From the NCBI GenBank assembly GCA_040954595.2, contig CM082597.2:3867924-3931923 (forward strand): DNA of 64,000 nucleotides, given 5' to 3'. This document shows, piece by piece, positions 48,281 through 59,811 of this stretch (its first letter is position 1; the number at the start of each line of letters is the position of its first letter). Source of the stretch: Balanoglossus misakiensis. Lineage: Eukaryota > Animalia > Hemichordata. The position numbers and the translations under genes were made by a program. Below the pieces are notes generated by a model. The model was not told where the DNA came from, did not search any database, and saw only the letters and a program-made list of their open reading frames with translations.

Positions 48281-51200
48281 ATATGGACAAACGTGATTAT
48301 AGTATTTTTTGTCTGATACGTTGCTATGGTGATTCTGCAACGTATGTTACGTTGGTAACGTCAGAAAACAAAACAGGACGTTCTTTTATTTACTTTTCTT
48401 AAGTTCGGTTATCACCAAATAGCGTGCGTTATTAATGTACTAAATATCTTCCCTTGAAAGAACATACATATATATTTTACAAAGGAAAACTTATGCAGTG
48501 TGATTCGAATATCTGAAGGGGGCATCTCCATGATTAAATTCGCTACTCTAACTGCATAAGCTCAGTACCCATTCTAGTGTGAATACAGAAAACTCCTTGA
48601 CTGTCAAGCAGCTTTTTCCAACTTCGATGGAAATTCCCCTCGACAGCCTGAAAACAGTGAAACCAGACTCGTCATACAAAATAAGAAATAGGCGTGCAAC
48701 ATGTGCTTGTAGATACATGTGGCCCACTCCCAGCCAACGCTGGCTACCAGTTTCACTGACCACGAAGTTTAATTTTCCCTGCTTCCCGCCCTGCCTACAC
48801 ACGGCATGATGCAACCGATCGATAAAAATCACTCGCCCTATTCAAAAGTTGCAACATTGTATTAGAACAAAGGAAGCCAGGCGAGCGTACGTGCAGCACG
48901 ATTTTATCCCACCGCGCCGCTGCCAACACAACACTACAAAATAACTCTGAAATAACCAAATAAACCAAAGAGACCAACAAGTAAACCTCACAGCTGTTAC
49001 AGAGAAGTATTCCCACAAGCGTGGGAGAGGTTTGAAGAAGAAGATAAGAGAGGAAGAGGTAAGATAGCGGTCGAGATCAGGAGAACCTCGGCGTGCAGTG
49101 CTCACGCATCGACGCCCAAGCCTGATCTGGCCTCTCGTCAAGGGAATGCAGGGAGTTTTGCATCTACCCACGTGATACACGCCCCGCCCAATATGGTAAT
49201 TGACAGCTAGCTACAGGGTGTCTGGACCTGAGATTCAGGAAAAAGTTGCATTTTTCCAAACCAGGAGGCTGCAGGTTGAAAGGGCGTCGACCTCAGCGAT
49301 TCTACTATACTCTCCTTCATGTAACACGAGTGCGGGCGCATTAAATATTCGCAAATTATCGACATACAGATCGTCTTTGGGGACAAATAAATACCTTTAT
49401 TGTATAAACGGCGATATTGTTTATAGCTCATCATGGTTATTTTTTGGCTGAACTGAACAATCTACCGTAGCCGTGCAAAGTACACACATACAAACGTAAA
49501 AACGGAGAATTTGACGAACAATATAGGCGATTTGCAAACCATATAAGCTTATATGAAAGCCGCCAACAAAAACACTGTAAGGCCAAAGCGCCTACCGTTG
49601 AAAAAAATTATTTTGTCTGTTAGAAAAGGATGCGTGTTTAATATAACCTTGAATGATATACTATAGTTTTATGTCATACTAAACGAACGCCATGAATAAA
49701 GGTCACTCAGGGTTTATGAAGGTGAGCTATTGAAAATTTGGTGACCCCTCAATTTCTCACTTCACTGTTCCCCTTTCCATCAGGCGGCGATAAATTCGTC
49801 GGCCTGATGGGCATTAGACTGTCTCTACACAAGCGTTGAGTTTTATTTAATTTAGCCGTTTGTCATTCGGCTGAATCTAAAAGTTTTTGTCTACTACTAG
49901 TGGGAAAGCAGTTTCACTGACTACGATGTTTTCCCTGCTTCCCGCCCTGCCTACACACAGCATACTAGCATGATGCAACCGATCGATAAAAATCAACTCG
50001 CCCTATTCAACAGTTGCAACATTGTATTAAAACAAAGGAAGCCAGGCGAGCGTACGTGCAGCACGGTTTTTATCCCACCGCGCCGCTGCCAACACAACAC
50101 TACAAGAAAACTCCGAAATAACCAAATAAACCAAAGAGAACAAGAAGTAAACCTCACAGCTGTTACAGAGAAGTATTCCCACAAGAGTGGAAGAGGTTTG
50201 AAGAAGAAGATAAGAGAGGAAGAGGTAAGATACCGGTCGAGATCAGGAGAAACTCGGCGTGCAGTGCTCACGCATCGACGCCCAAGCCTGGTCTGGCCTC
50301 TCGTCAGGGAATGTCGGGAGTTTTGCATCTACCCACGTGATACACGCCCCGCCTCATATGGTAATTGACAGCTAGCTACAGGGTGTCTTGACCTGAGATT
50401 CAGGAAAAAGTTGCATTTTTCCAAACCGGGAGGCTGCAGGTTGAAAGGGCGTTGACCTCAGCGATTCTACTATAGTCTCCTTCATGTAACACGAGTGCGG
50501 GCGCATTAAATATTCGCAAATTATCGACACACAGGTCGTCTTTGGGGACAAATAAATACCTTTAATATAAACGGTGATATTGTTTATAGCTCATCACGGC
50601 TAATTTTTGGCTGAACTGAACACAATCTACCATAGCCGTGCAAAGCACACACATACAAACGTAAAACGGAGAATTTGACGAACAATTTCGGCGATTTGCA
50701 AAACATATAAGCTTATATGAAAGCCGCCAACAAGGACACTGTAAGGCCAAGCGCCTACCGTTGAAATAAATATTTATATTGTCTGTTACAAAAGGGTTCG
50801 TGTTTAATATAACCGTGAATGATATACTAGTATAATATTATGTCATTCTAAATGAACGCCATGAATAAAGGTCACTCAGGGGTTATGAAGGTGAGCTATT
50901 GAAAATTTGGTGACTCCCCTCAATTTCTCACTTCACTGTTCCCCTTTCCATCAGGCGGCGATAAATTCGTCGACCTGATAAACATTAGACTGTCCCTACA
51001 CAAGCGTTGAGTTTTATTTAATTTAGCCGTTTGTCATTCGGCTGAATCTTAAAGTTTTTGTCTACTACTAGTAGGAAAGCAGTTTCACTGACCACGATAT
51101 TTTCCCTGCTTCCCGCCCTGCCTACACACGGCATGATGCAACCGATCGATAAAAATCAACTCGCCCTATTCAACAGTTGCAACATTGTATTAAAACAAAG

Positions 51201-52423
51201 GAAGCCAGGCGAGCGTACGTGCAGCACGATTTTTATCCCACCGCGCCGCTGCCAACACAACACTACAAGAAAACTCCGAAATAACCAAATAAACCAAAGA
51301 CACCAAGAAGTAAACCTCACAGCTGTTACAGAGAAGTATTCCCACAAGCGTGGAAGAGGTTTGAAGAAGAAGATAAGAGAGGAAGCGGTAAGATAGCGGT
51401 CGAGATCAGGAGAAACTCGGCGTGCAGTGCTCACGCACCGACGCCCAAGCCTGATCTGGCGTCTCGTCAAGGGATGTCGGGAGTTTTGCATCTACGTGAT
51501 ACACGCCCCGCCTCATATGGTAATTGACAACTCGCTACAGGGTGTCTTGACCTGAGATTCAGGAAAAAGTCGCATTTTTCCAAACCGGGAGGCTGGAGGT
51601 TGAAAGGGCGTCGACCTCAGCGATTCTACTATAGTCTCCTTCATGTAACTCGAGTGCGGGCGCATTAAATGTTCGCAAATTATCGACATACAGATCGTCT
51701 TTAGGGACAATTAAATACCTTTGTTTTATAAACGGCGATATTGTTTATAGCTCGTCATCGCTAATTTTTGGCTGAACTGAACACAATCTACCGTAGCCGT
51801 GCAAAGCACACACATTCAAACGTAAAACGCAGAATTTGACGAACAATTTAGACGATTTCAAAACCATATACGCTTATATGAAAGCCGCCATCAAGAACAC
51901 TGTAAGGCCAAAGCGCCTACCGATGAAAAGAAATTATATTGTCTGTTAGAAAAGGATGCGTGTTTAATATAACCGTGAATGACATACTAGTATTTTGTCA
52001 TACTAAATGAACGCCATGATGCAAGGTCACTCAGGGGTTATGAAGGTGAGCTATTGAAAATTTGGTGACTCCCTTCAATTTCTCACTTCACTGTTCCCCT
52101 TTCCATCAGGCGGCGATAAATTCGTCGACCTGATAAACATTAGACTGTCCCTACACAAGCGTTGAGTTTTATTTAATTTAGCCGTTTGTCATTCGGCTGA
52201 ATCTTAAAGTTTTTGTCTACTACTAGTGGGAAAGCAGTTTCACTGACTACGATGTTTTCCCTGCTTCCCGCCCTGCCTACACACGGCATGATGCAACCGA
52301 TCGATAAAAATCAACTCGCCCTATTCAACAGTTGCAACATTGTATTAGAACAAAGGAAGCCAGGCGAGCGTACGTGCAGCACGATTTTTTTCCCACCGCG
52401 CCGCTGCCAACACAACACTACAA

Positions 52424-52631
52424 ATTCAAGGCGCAAGATATACGTTAACGAAGCCCAAAAGACAAATAAACAGACGTAGGAACGTCGGCACAAACAAGGC
52501 ATGGACGGCGAAGCTTCGAACCATAAACCCTTGGCTATGTGACGTATAAGTTTTGCGCATGGCAGAACATGTGCTACGCTACGAACTGCATTGATCATTG
52601 TTGACATCAGCCCACCGCGGCACCAGTGCCG
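52424..52631 (-). mobile_element. 208-bp insertion with 5-bp TSD (TACAA), tRNA-derived SINE-like
   Basis: Empty site caacacTACAAgaaaac in other units; filled site TACAA-attcaagg...cagtgccg-TACAA; on -, A-box-like TAGCGTAGC and B-box-like GGTTCGAAGC. Confidence 0.7.
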
Positions 52632-53795
52632 TACAAGAAAACTCCGAAATAACCAAATAAACCAAAGAGACCAAGAAGTAAACCTCACAGCTGTTACAGA
52701 GAAGTATTCCCACAAGCGTGGAAGAGGTTTGAAGAAGAAGATAAGAGAGGAAGAGGTAAGATAGCGGTCGAGATCAGGAGAAACTCGGCGTGCCGTGCTC
52801 ACGCACCGACGCCCAAGCCTGATCTGGCGTCTCGTCAAGGGATGTCGGGAGTTTTGCATCTACGTGATACACGCCCCGCCTCATATGGTAATTGACAACT
52901 CGCTACAGGGTGTCTTGACCTGAGATTCAGGAAAAAGTCGTATTTTTCCAAACCAGGAGTCTGCAGGTTGAAAGGGCGTCGACCTTAGCGATTCTACTAT
53001 AGTCTCCTTCATGTAACTCGAGAATGGGCGCATTAAATGTTCGTAAATTATCGACAAACAGATCGTCTTTGGGGACAAATAAATACCTTTAATATAAACG
53101 GTGATATTGTTTATAGCTCATCACGGCTAATTTTTGGCTGAACTGAACACAATCTACCATAGCCGTGCAAAGCACACACATACAAACGTAAAACGGAGAA
53201 TTTGACGAACAATTTCGGCGATTTGCAAAACATATAAGCTTATATGAAAGCCGCCAACAAGGACACTGTAAGGCCAAGCGCCTACCGTTGAAATAAATAT
53301 TTATATTGTCTGTTACAAAAGGGTTCGTGTTTAATATAACCGTGAATGATATACTAGTATAATATTATGTCATTCTAAATGAACGCCATGAATAAAGGTC
53401 ACTCAGGGGTTATGAAGGTGAGCTATTGAAAATTTGGTGACTCCCCTCAATTTCTCACTTCACTGTTCCCCTTTCCATCAGGCGGCGATAAATTCGTCGA
53501 CCTGATAAACATTAGACTGTCCCTACACAAGCGTTGAGTTTTATTTAATTTAGCCGTTTGTCATTCGGCTGAATCTTAAAGTTTTTGTCTACTACTAGTA
53601 GGAAAGCAGTTTCACTGACCACGATATTTTCCCTGCTTCCCGCCCTGCCTACACACGGCATGATGCAACCGATCGATAAAAATCAACTCGCCCTATTCAA
53701 CAGTTGCAACATTGTATTAGAACAAAGGAAGCCAGGCGAGCGTACGTGCAGCACGATTTTTTTCCCACCGCGCCGCTGCCAACACAACACTACAA

Positions 53796-54003
53796 ATTCA
53801 AGGCGCAAGATATACGTTAACGAAGCCCAAAAGACAAATAAACAGACGTAGGAACGTCGGCACAAACAAGGCATGGACGGCGAAGCTTCGAACCATAAAC
53901 CCTTGGCTATGTGACGTATAAGTTTTGCGCATGGCAGAACATGTGCTACGCTACGAACTGCATTGATCATTGTTGACATCAGCCCACCGCGGCACCAGTG
54001 CCG
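53796..54003 (-). mobile_element. Second copy of the 208-bp insertion (propagated with the unit)
   Basis: Same sequence, site and TSD as 52424-52631. Confidence 0.7.
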
Positions 54004-57000
54004 TACAAGAAAACTCCGAAATAACCAAATAAACCAAAGAGACCAAGAAGTAAACCTCACAGCTGTTACAGAGAAGTATTCCCACAAGCGTGGAAGAGGT
54101 TTGAAGAAGAAGATAAGAGAGGAAGAGGTAAGATAGCGGTCGAGATCAGGAGAAACTCGGCGTGCCGTGCTCACGCACCGACGCCCAAGCCTGATCTGGC
54201 GTCTCGTCAAGGGATGTCGGGAGTTTTGCATCTACGTGATACACGCCCCGCCTCATATGGTAATTGACAACTCGCTACAGGGTGTCTTGACCTGAGATTC
54301 AGGAAAAAGTCGTATTTTTCCAAACCAGGAGTCTGCAGGTTGAAAGGGCGTCGACCTTAGCGATTCTACTATAGTCTCCTTCATGTAACTCGAGAATGGG
54401 CGCATTAAATGTTCGTAAATTATCGACAAACAGATCGTCTTTGGGGACAAATAAATACCTTTAATATAAACGGTGATATTGTTTATAGCTCATCACGGCT
54501 AATTTTTGGCTGAACTGAACACAATCTACCATAGCCGTGCAAAGCACACACATACAAACGTAAAACGGAGAATTTGACGAACAATTTCGGCGATTTGCAA
54601 ACCATATAAGCTTATATGAAAGCCGCCAACAAAAACACTGTAAGGCCAAAGCGCCTACCGTTGAAAAAAATTATTTTGTCTGTTAGAAAAGGATGCGTGT
54701 TTAATATAACCTTGAATGATATACTATAGTTTTATGTCATACTAAACGAACGCCATGAATAAAGGTCACTCAGGGTTTATGAAGGTGAGCTATTGAAAAT
54801 TTGGTGACCCCTCAATTTCTCACTTCACTGTTCCCCTTTCCATCAGGCGGCGATAAATTCGTCGGCCTGATGGGCATTAGACTGTCTCTACACAAGCGTT
54901 GAGTTTTATTTAATTTAGCCGTTTGTCATTCGGCTGAATCTAAAAGTTTTTGTCTACTACTAGTGGGAAAGCAGTTTCACTGACTACGATGTTTTCCCTG
55001 CTTCCCGCCCTGCCTACACACAGCATACTAGCATGATGCAACCGATCGATAAAAATCAACTCGCCCTATTCAACAGTTGCAACATTGTATTAAAACAAAG
55101 GAAGCCAGGCGAGCGTACGTGCAGCACGGTTTTTATCCCACCGCGCCGCTGCCAACACAACACTACAAGAAAACTCCGAAATAACCAAATAAACCAAAGA
55201 GAACAAGAAGTAAACCTCACAGCTGTTACAGAGAAGTATTCCCACAAGAGTGGAAGAGGTTTGAAGAAGAAGATAAGAGAGGAAGAGGTAAGATACCGGT
55301 CGAGATCAGGAGAAACTCGGCGTGCAGTGCTCACGCATCGACGCCCAAGCCTGGTCTGGCCTCTCGTCAGGGAATGTCGGGAGTTTTGCATCTACCCACG
55401 TGATACACGCCCCGCCTCATATGGTAATTGACAGCTAGCTACAGGGTGTCTTGACCTGAGATTCAGGAAAAAGTTGCATTTTTCCAAACCGGGAGGCTGC
55501 AGGTTGAAAGGGCGTTGACCTCAGCGATTCTACTATAGTCTCCTTCATGTAACACGAGTGCGGGCGCATTAAATATTCGCAAATTATCGACACACAGGTC
55601 GTCTTTGGGGACAAATAAATACCTTTAATATAAACGGTGATATTGTTTATAGCTCATCACGGCTAATTTTTGGCTGAACTGAACACAATCTACCATAGCC
55701 GTGCAAAGCACACACATACAAACGTAAAACGGAGAATTTGACGAACAATTTCGGCGATTTGCAAAACATATAAGCTTATATGAAAGCCGCCAACAAGGAC
55801 ACTGTAAGGCCAAGCGCCTACCGTTGAAATAAATATTTATATTGTCTGTTACAAAAGGGTTCGTGTTTAATATAACCGTGAATGATATACTAGTATAATA
55901 TTATGTCATTCTAAATGAACGCCATGAATAAAGGTCACTCAGGGGTTATGAAGGTGAGCTATTGAAAATTTGGTGACTCCCCTCAATTTCTCACTTCACT
56001 GTTCCCCTTTCCATCAGGCGGCGATAAATTCGTCGACCTGATAAACATTAGACTGTCCCTACACAAGCGTTGAGTTTTATTTAATTTAGCCGTTTGTCAT
56101 TCGGCTGAATCTTAAAGTTTTTGTCTACTACTAGTAGGAAAGCAGTTTCACTGACCACGATATTTTCCCTGCTTCCCGCCCTGCCTACACACGGCATGAT
56201 GCAACCGATCGATAAAAATCAACTCGCCCTATTCAACAGTTGCAACATTGTATTAAAACAAAGGAAGCCAGGCGAGCGTACGTGCAGCACGATTTTTATC
56301 CCACCGCGCCGCTGCCAACACAACACTACAAGAAAACTCCGAAATAACCAAATAAACCAAAGACACCAAGAAGTAAACCTCACAGCTGTTACAGAGAAGT
56401 ATTCCCACAAGCGTGGAAGAGGTTTGAAGAAGAAGATAAGAGAGGAAGCGGTAAGATAGCGGTCGAGATCAGGAGAAACTCGGCGTGCAGTGCTCACGCA
56501 CCGACGCCCAAGCCTGATCTGGCGTCTCGTCAAGGGATGTCGGGAGTTTTGCATCTACGTGATACACGCCCCGCCTCATATGGTAATTGACAACTCGCTA
56601 CAGGGTGTCTTGACCTGAGATTCAGGAAAAAGTCGCATTTTTCCAAACCGGGAGGCTGGAGGTTGAAAGGGCGTCGACCTCAGCGATTCTACTATAGTCT
56701 CCTTCATGTAACTCGAGTGCGGGCGCATTAAATGTTCGCAAATTATCGACATACAGATCGTCTTTAGGGACAATTAAATACCTTTGTTTTATAAACGGCG
56801 ATATTGTTTATAGCTCGTCATCGCTAATTTTTGGCTGAACTGAACACAATCTACCGTAGCCGTGCAAAGCACACACATTCAAACGTAAAACGCAGAATTT
56901 GACGAACAATTTAGACGATTTCAAAACCATATACGCTTATATGAAAGCCGCCATCAAGAACACTGTAAGGCCAAAGCGCCTACCGATGAAAAGAAATTAT

Positions 57001-57486
57001 ATTGTCTGTTAGAAAAGGATGCGTGTTTAATATAACCGTGAATGACATACTAGTATTTTGTCATACTAAATGAACGCCATGATGCAAGGTCACTCAGGGG
57101 TTATGAAGGTGAGCTATTGAAAATTTGGTGACTCCCTTCAATTTCTCACTTCACTGTTCCCCTTTCCATCAGGCGGCGATAAATTCGTCGACCTGATAAA
57201 CATTAGACTGTCCCTACACAAGCGTTGAGTTTTATTTAATTTAGCCGTTTGTCATTCGGCTGAATCTTAAAGTTTTTGTCTACTACTAGTGGGAAAGCAG
57301 TTTCACTGACTACGATGTTTTCCCTGCTTCCCGCCCTGCCTACACACGGCATGATGCAACCGATCGATAAAAATCAACTCGCCCTATTCAACAGTTGCAA
57401 CATTGTATTAGAACAAAGGAAGCCAGGCGAGCGTACGTGCAGCACGATTTTTTTCCCACCGCGCCGCTGCCAACACAACACTACAA

Positions 57487-57694
57487 ATTCAAGGCGCAAG
57501 ATATACGTTAACGAAGCCCAAAAGACAAATAAACAGACGTAGGAACGTCGGCACAAACAAGGCATGGACGGCGAAGCTTCGAACCATAAACCCTTGGCTA
57601 TGTGACGTATAAGTTTTGCGCATGGCAGAACATGTGCTACGCTACGAACTGCATTGATCATTGTTGACATCAGCCCACCGCGGCACCAGTGCCG
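57487..57694 (-). mobile_element. Third copy of the 208-bp insertion (propagated with the higher-order duplication)
   Basis: Same sequence, site and TSD; offset 5063 from the first copy. Confidence 0.7.
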
Positions 57695-59747
57695 TACAAG
57701 AAAACTCCGAAATAACCAAATAAACCAAAGAGACCAAGAAGTAAACCTCACAGCTGTTACAGAGAAGTATTCCCACAAGCGTGGAAGAGGTTTGAAGAAG
57801 AAGATAAGAGAGGAAGAGGTAAGATAGCGGTCGAGATCAGGAGAAACTCGGCGTGCCGTGCTCACGCACCGACGCCCAAGCCTGATCTGGCGTCTCGTCA
57901 AGGGATGTCGGGAGTTTTGCATCTACGTGATACACGCCCCGCCTCATATGGTAATTGACAACTCGCTACAGGGTGTCTTGACCTGAGATTCAGGAAAAAG
58001 TCGTATTTTTCCAAACCAGGAGTCTGCAGGTTGAAAGGGCGTCGACCTTAGCGATTCTACTATAGTCTCCTTCATGTAACTCGAGAATGGGCGCATTAAA
58101 TGTTCGTAAATTATCGACAAACAGATCGTCTTTGGGGACAAATAAATACCTTTAATATAAACGGTGATATTGTTTATAGCTCATCACGGCTAATTTTTGG
58201 CTGAACTGAACACAATCTACCATAGCCGTGCAAAGCACACACATACAAACGTAAAACGGAGAATTTGACGAACAATTTCGGCGATTTGCAAAACATATAA
58301 GCTTATATGAAAGCCGCCAACAAGGACACTGTAAGGCCAAGCGCCTACCGTTGAAATAAATATTTATATTGTCTGTTACAAAAGGGTTCGTGTTTAATAT
58401 AACCGTGAATGATATACTAGTATAATATTATGTCATTCTAAATGAACGCCATGAATAAAGGTCACTCAGGGGTTATGAAGGTGAGCTATTGAAAATTTGG
58501 TGACTCCCCTCAATTTCTCACTTCACTGTTCCCCTTTCCATCAGGCGGCGATAAATTCGTCGACCTGATAAACATTACTGAACACAATCTACCGTAGCCG
58601 TGCAAAGTACACGCATGTTGAGTTCTGGTTTATCGACAAAAGCATTCTACTCGTTTATATATCCGAGTAAAAAGTGAGACGGTTCAAGTAGACTAAATAA
58701 GGCATGCCGGCTCACTTGTGACAATAATGAGTCCCAAATCTCGCTTAAAAATGCCGAAGCTGACGTTTACTATATCTCGCGTGCATATCAAATATGAGTT
58801 CTATCATAATGATTAATATTACACCGAGTCACGATTTCACAGAGAGAGATAGAGAGAGAGGGGGGGGGGAGAGCAAATGTGAACGCTAACTAAAGGAATA
58901 TCACAAATATGGCAAAGTAGTAAATTTGATACACCAACGCACAGATAACATTTCAATCAACGGTGTAGTTTCATGACCGTACTTAACACAGGGCATCACA
59001 TCATACACACACTGATATACCACCCTGATAGCAAGTACATGTACATGCACTCTCATTCTGGTCTCCATGTGGGGTAAAGTAGGGCCTGGCAATGCTATTT
59101 CGCCTCATCGTGATTCCATGTGGCTGGTGACCTCGATTGACCCCCGTGAACCGTAAATCCACTAAGAATGAAACTGGGCTCGAGTGTGGAGTTTTCAATC
59201 GAGAATTGACTCATCTGGTAAATTCAAGCCGACGTCAGTCATATAGGCCTATAATATGAAATGCAACACCGATGAAGAAAATATTTACTGAAAATTGCAT
59301 TGTTTCACATACCAGATGACGTATGAAATCAAATGATATATCAGTGATACTTTTGTGTTCTTCTAAACTAGTTTACAAAATTTCTCTTCATTTTGGTTTA
59401 GATTTACTATCTTGGTATCCATCTCCTGAAATCCAAGCTCTTTTCACGATAACGTGAAGCTATCCAATAAATTCATATTATATTTGACAAGCTCAGTGTT
59501 TCAATCAAGGGTTTGTAAACTGAACTAAACCGCGGCATAAAAGATATATCCGCCGATGTGAGAACAGTTAAGCTGTCTGCAAACACGCCGTTATCCAAAT
59601 GTTTGTCTTGTTGTTGACCTGCATTGGTAGACAAGTGCGCAGTCGTCTGCTTGGACGCCTCGGTTACTGTACGTTGACTGAGTTTGTCGTAAACGCGCGC
59701 CTTTTTGCGGCGGATACGGCCACCGTGTTTTTTTGTTCTGGATTGTG

Positions 59748-59811
59748 ATACATACATACATACATACATACATACATACATACATACATACATACATACA
59801 TACATACATAC
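59748..59811. repeat. (ACAT)n microsatellite
   Basis: Direct observation. Confidence 0.95.

Larger units (their letters stand above)
48748..58612. repeat. Tandem array of eight ~1.16-kb (1.37 kb with insert) units with 5063-bp higher-order structure
   Basis: Marker atgatgcaaccgatcgataaaaatca at 48806, 49970, 51133, 52288, 53660, 55033, 56196 and 57351 (spacings 1164, 1163, 1155, 1372, 1373, 1163, 1155). Confidence 0.97.

Noticed and set aside
49770-49830. Hammerhead ribozyme in array units
   Set aside because: Only CTGATGG/CTGATAA, not CTGANGA, and no properly placed stem II-GAAA; no HDV or twister core recognised by eye
49970-50368. + strand MMQPIDK ORFs in array units as a gene family
   Set aside because: Lengths vary from stops, a frameshift in unit 1 and the insertion; no known domain
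50220-50620. Array unit as SL RNA, U11 or 7SK gene
   Set aside because: The donor and Sm-like site are about 380 nt apart (too far for SL RNA); the short AAAGGGC, ATCGACA and CTGATCTGGC resemblances have the wrong spacing
48748-58612. rDNA, 5S, histone or tRNA gene array; canonical Helitron concatemer
   Set aside because: No such conserved sequences recognised; junctions read CTAG-TGG or CTAG-TAG rather than the canonical CTRR-TC
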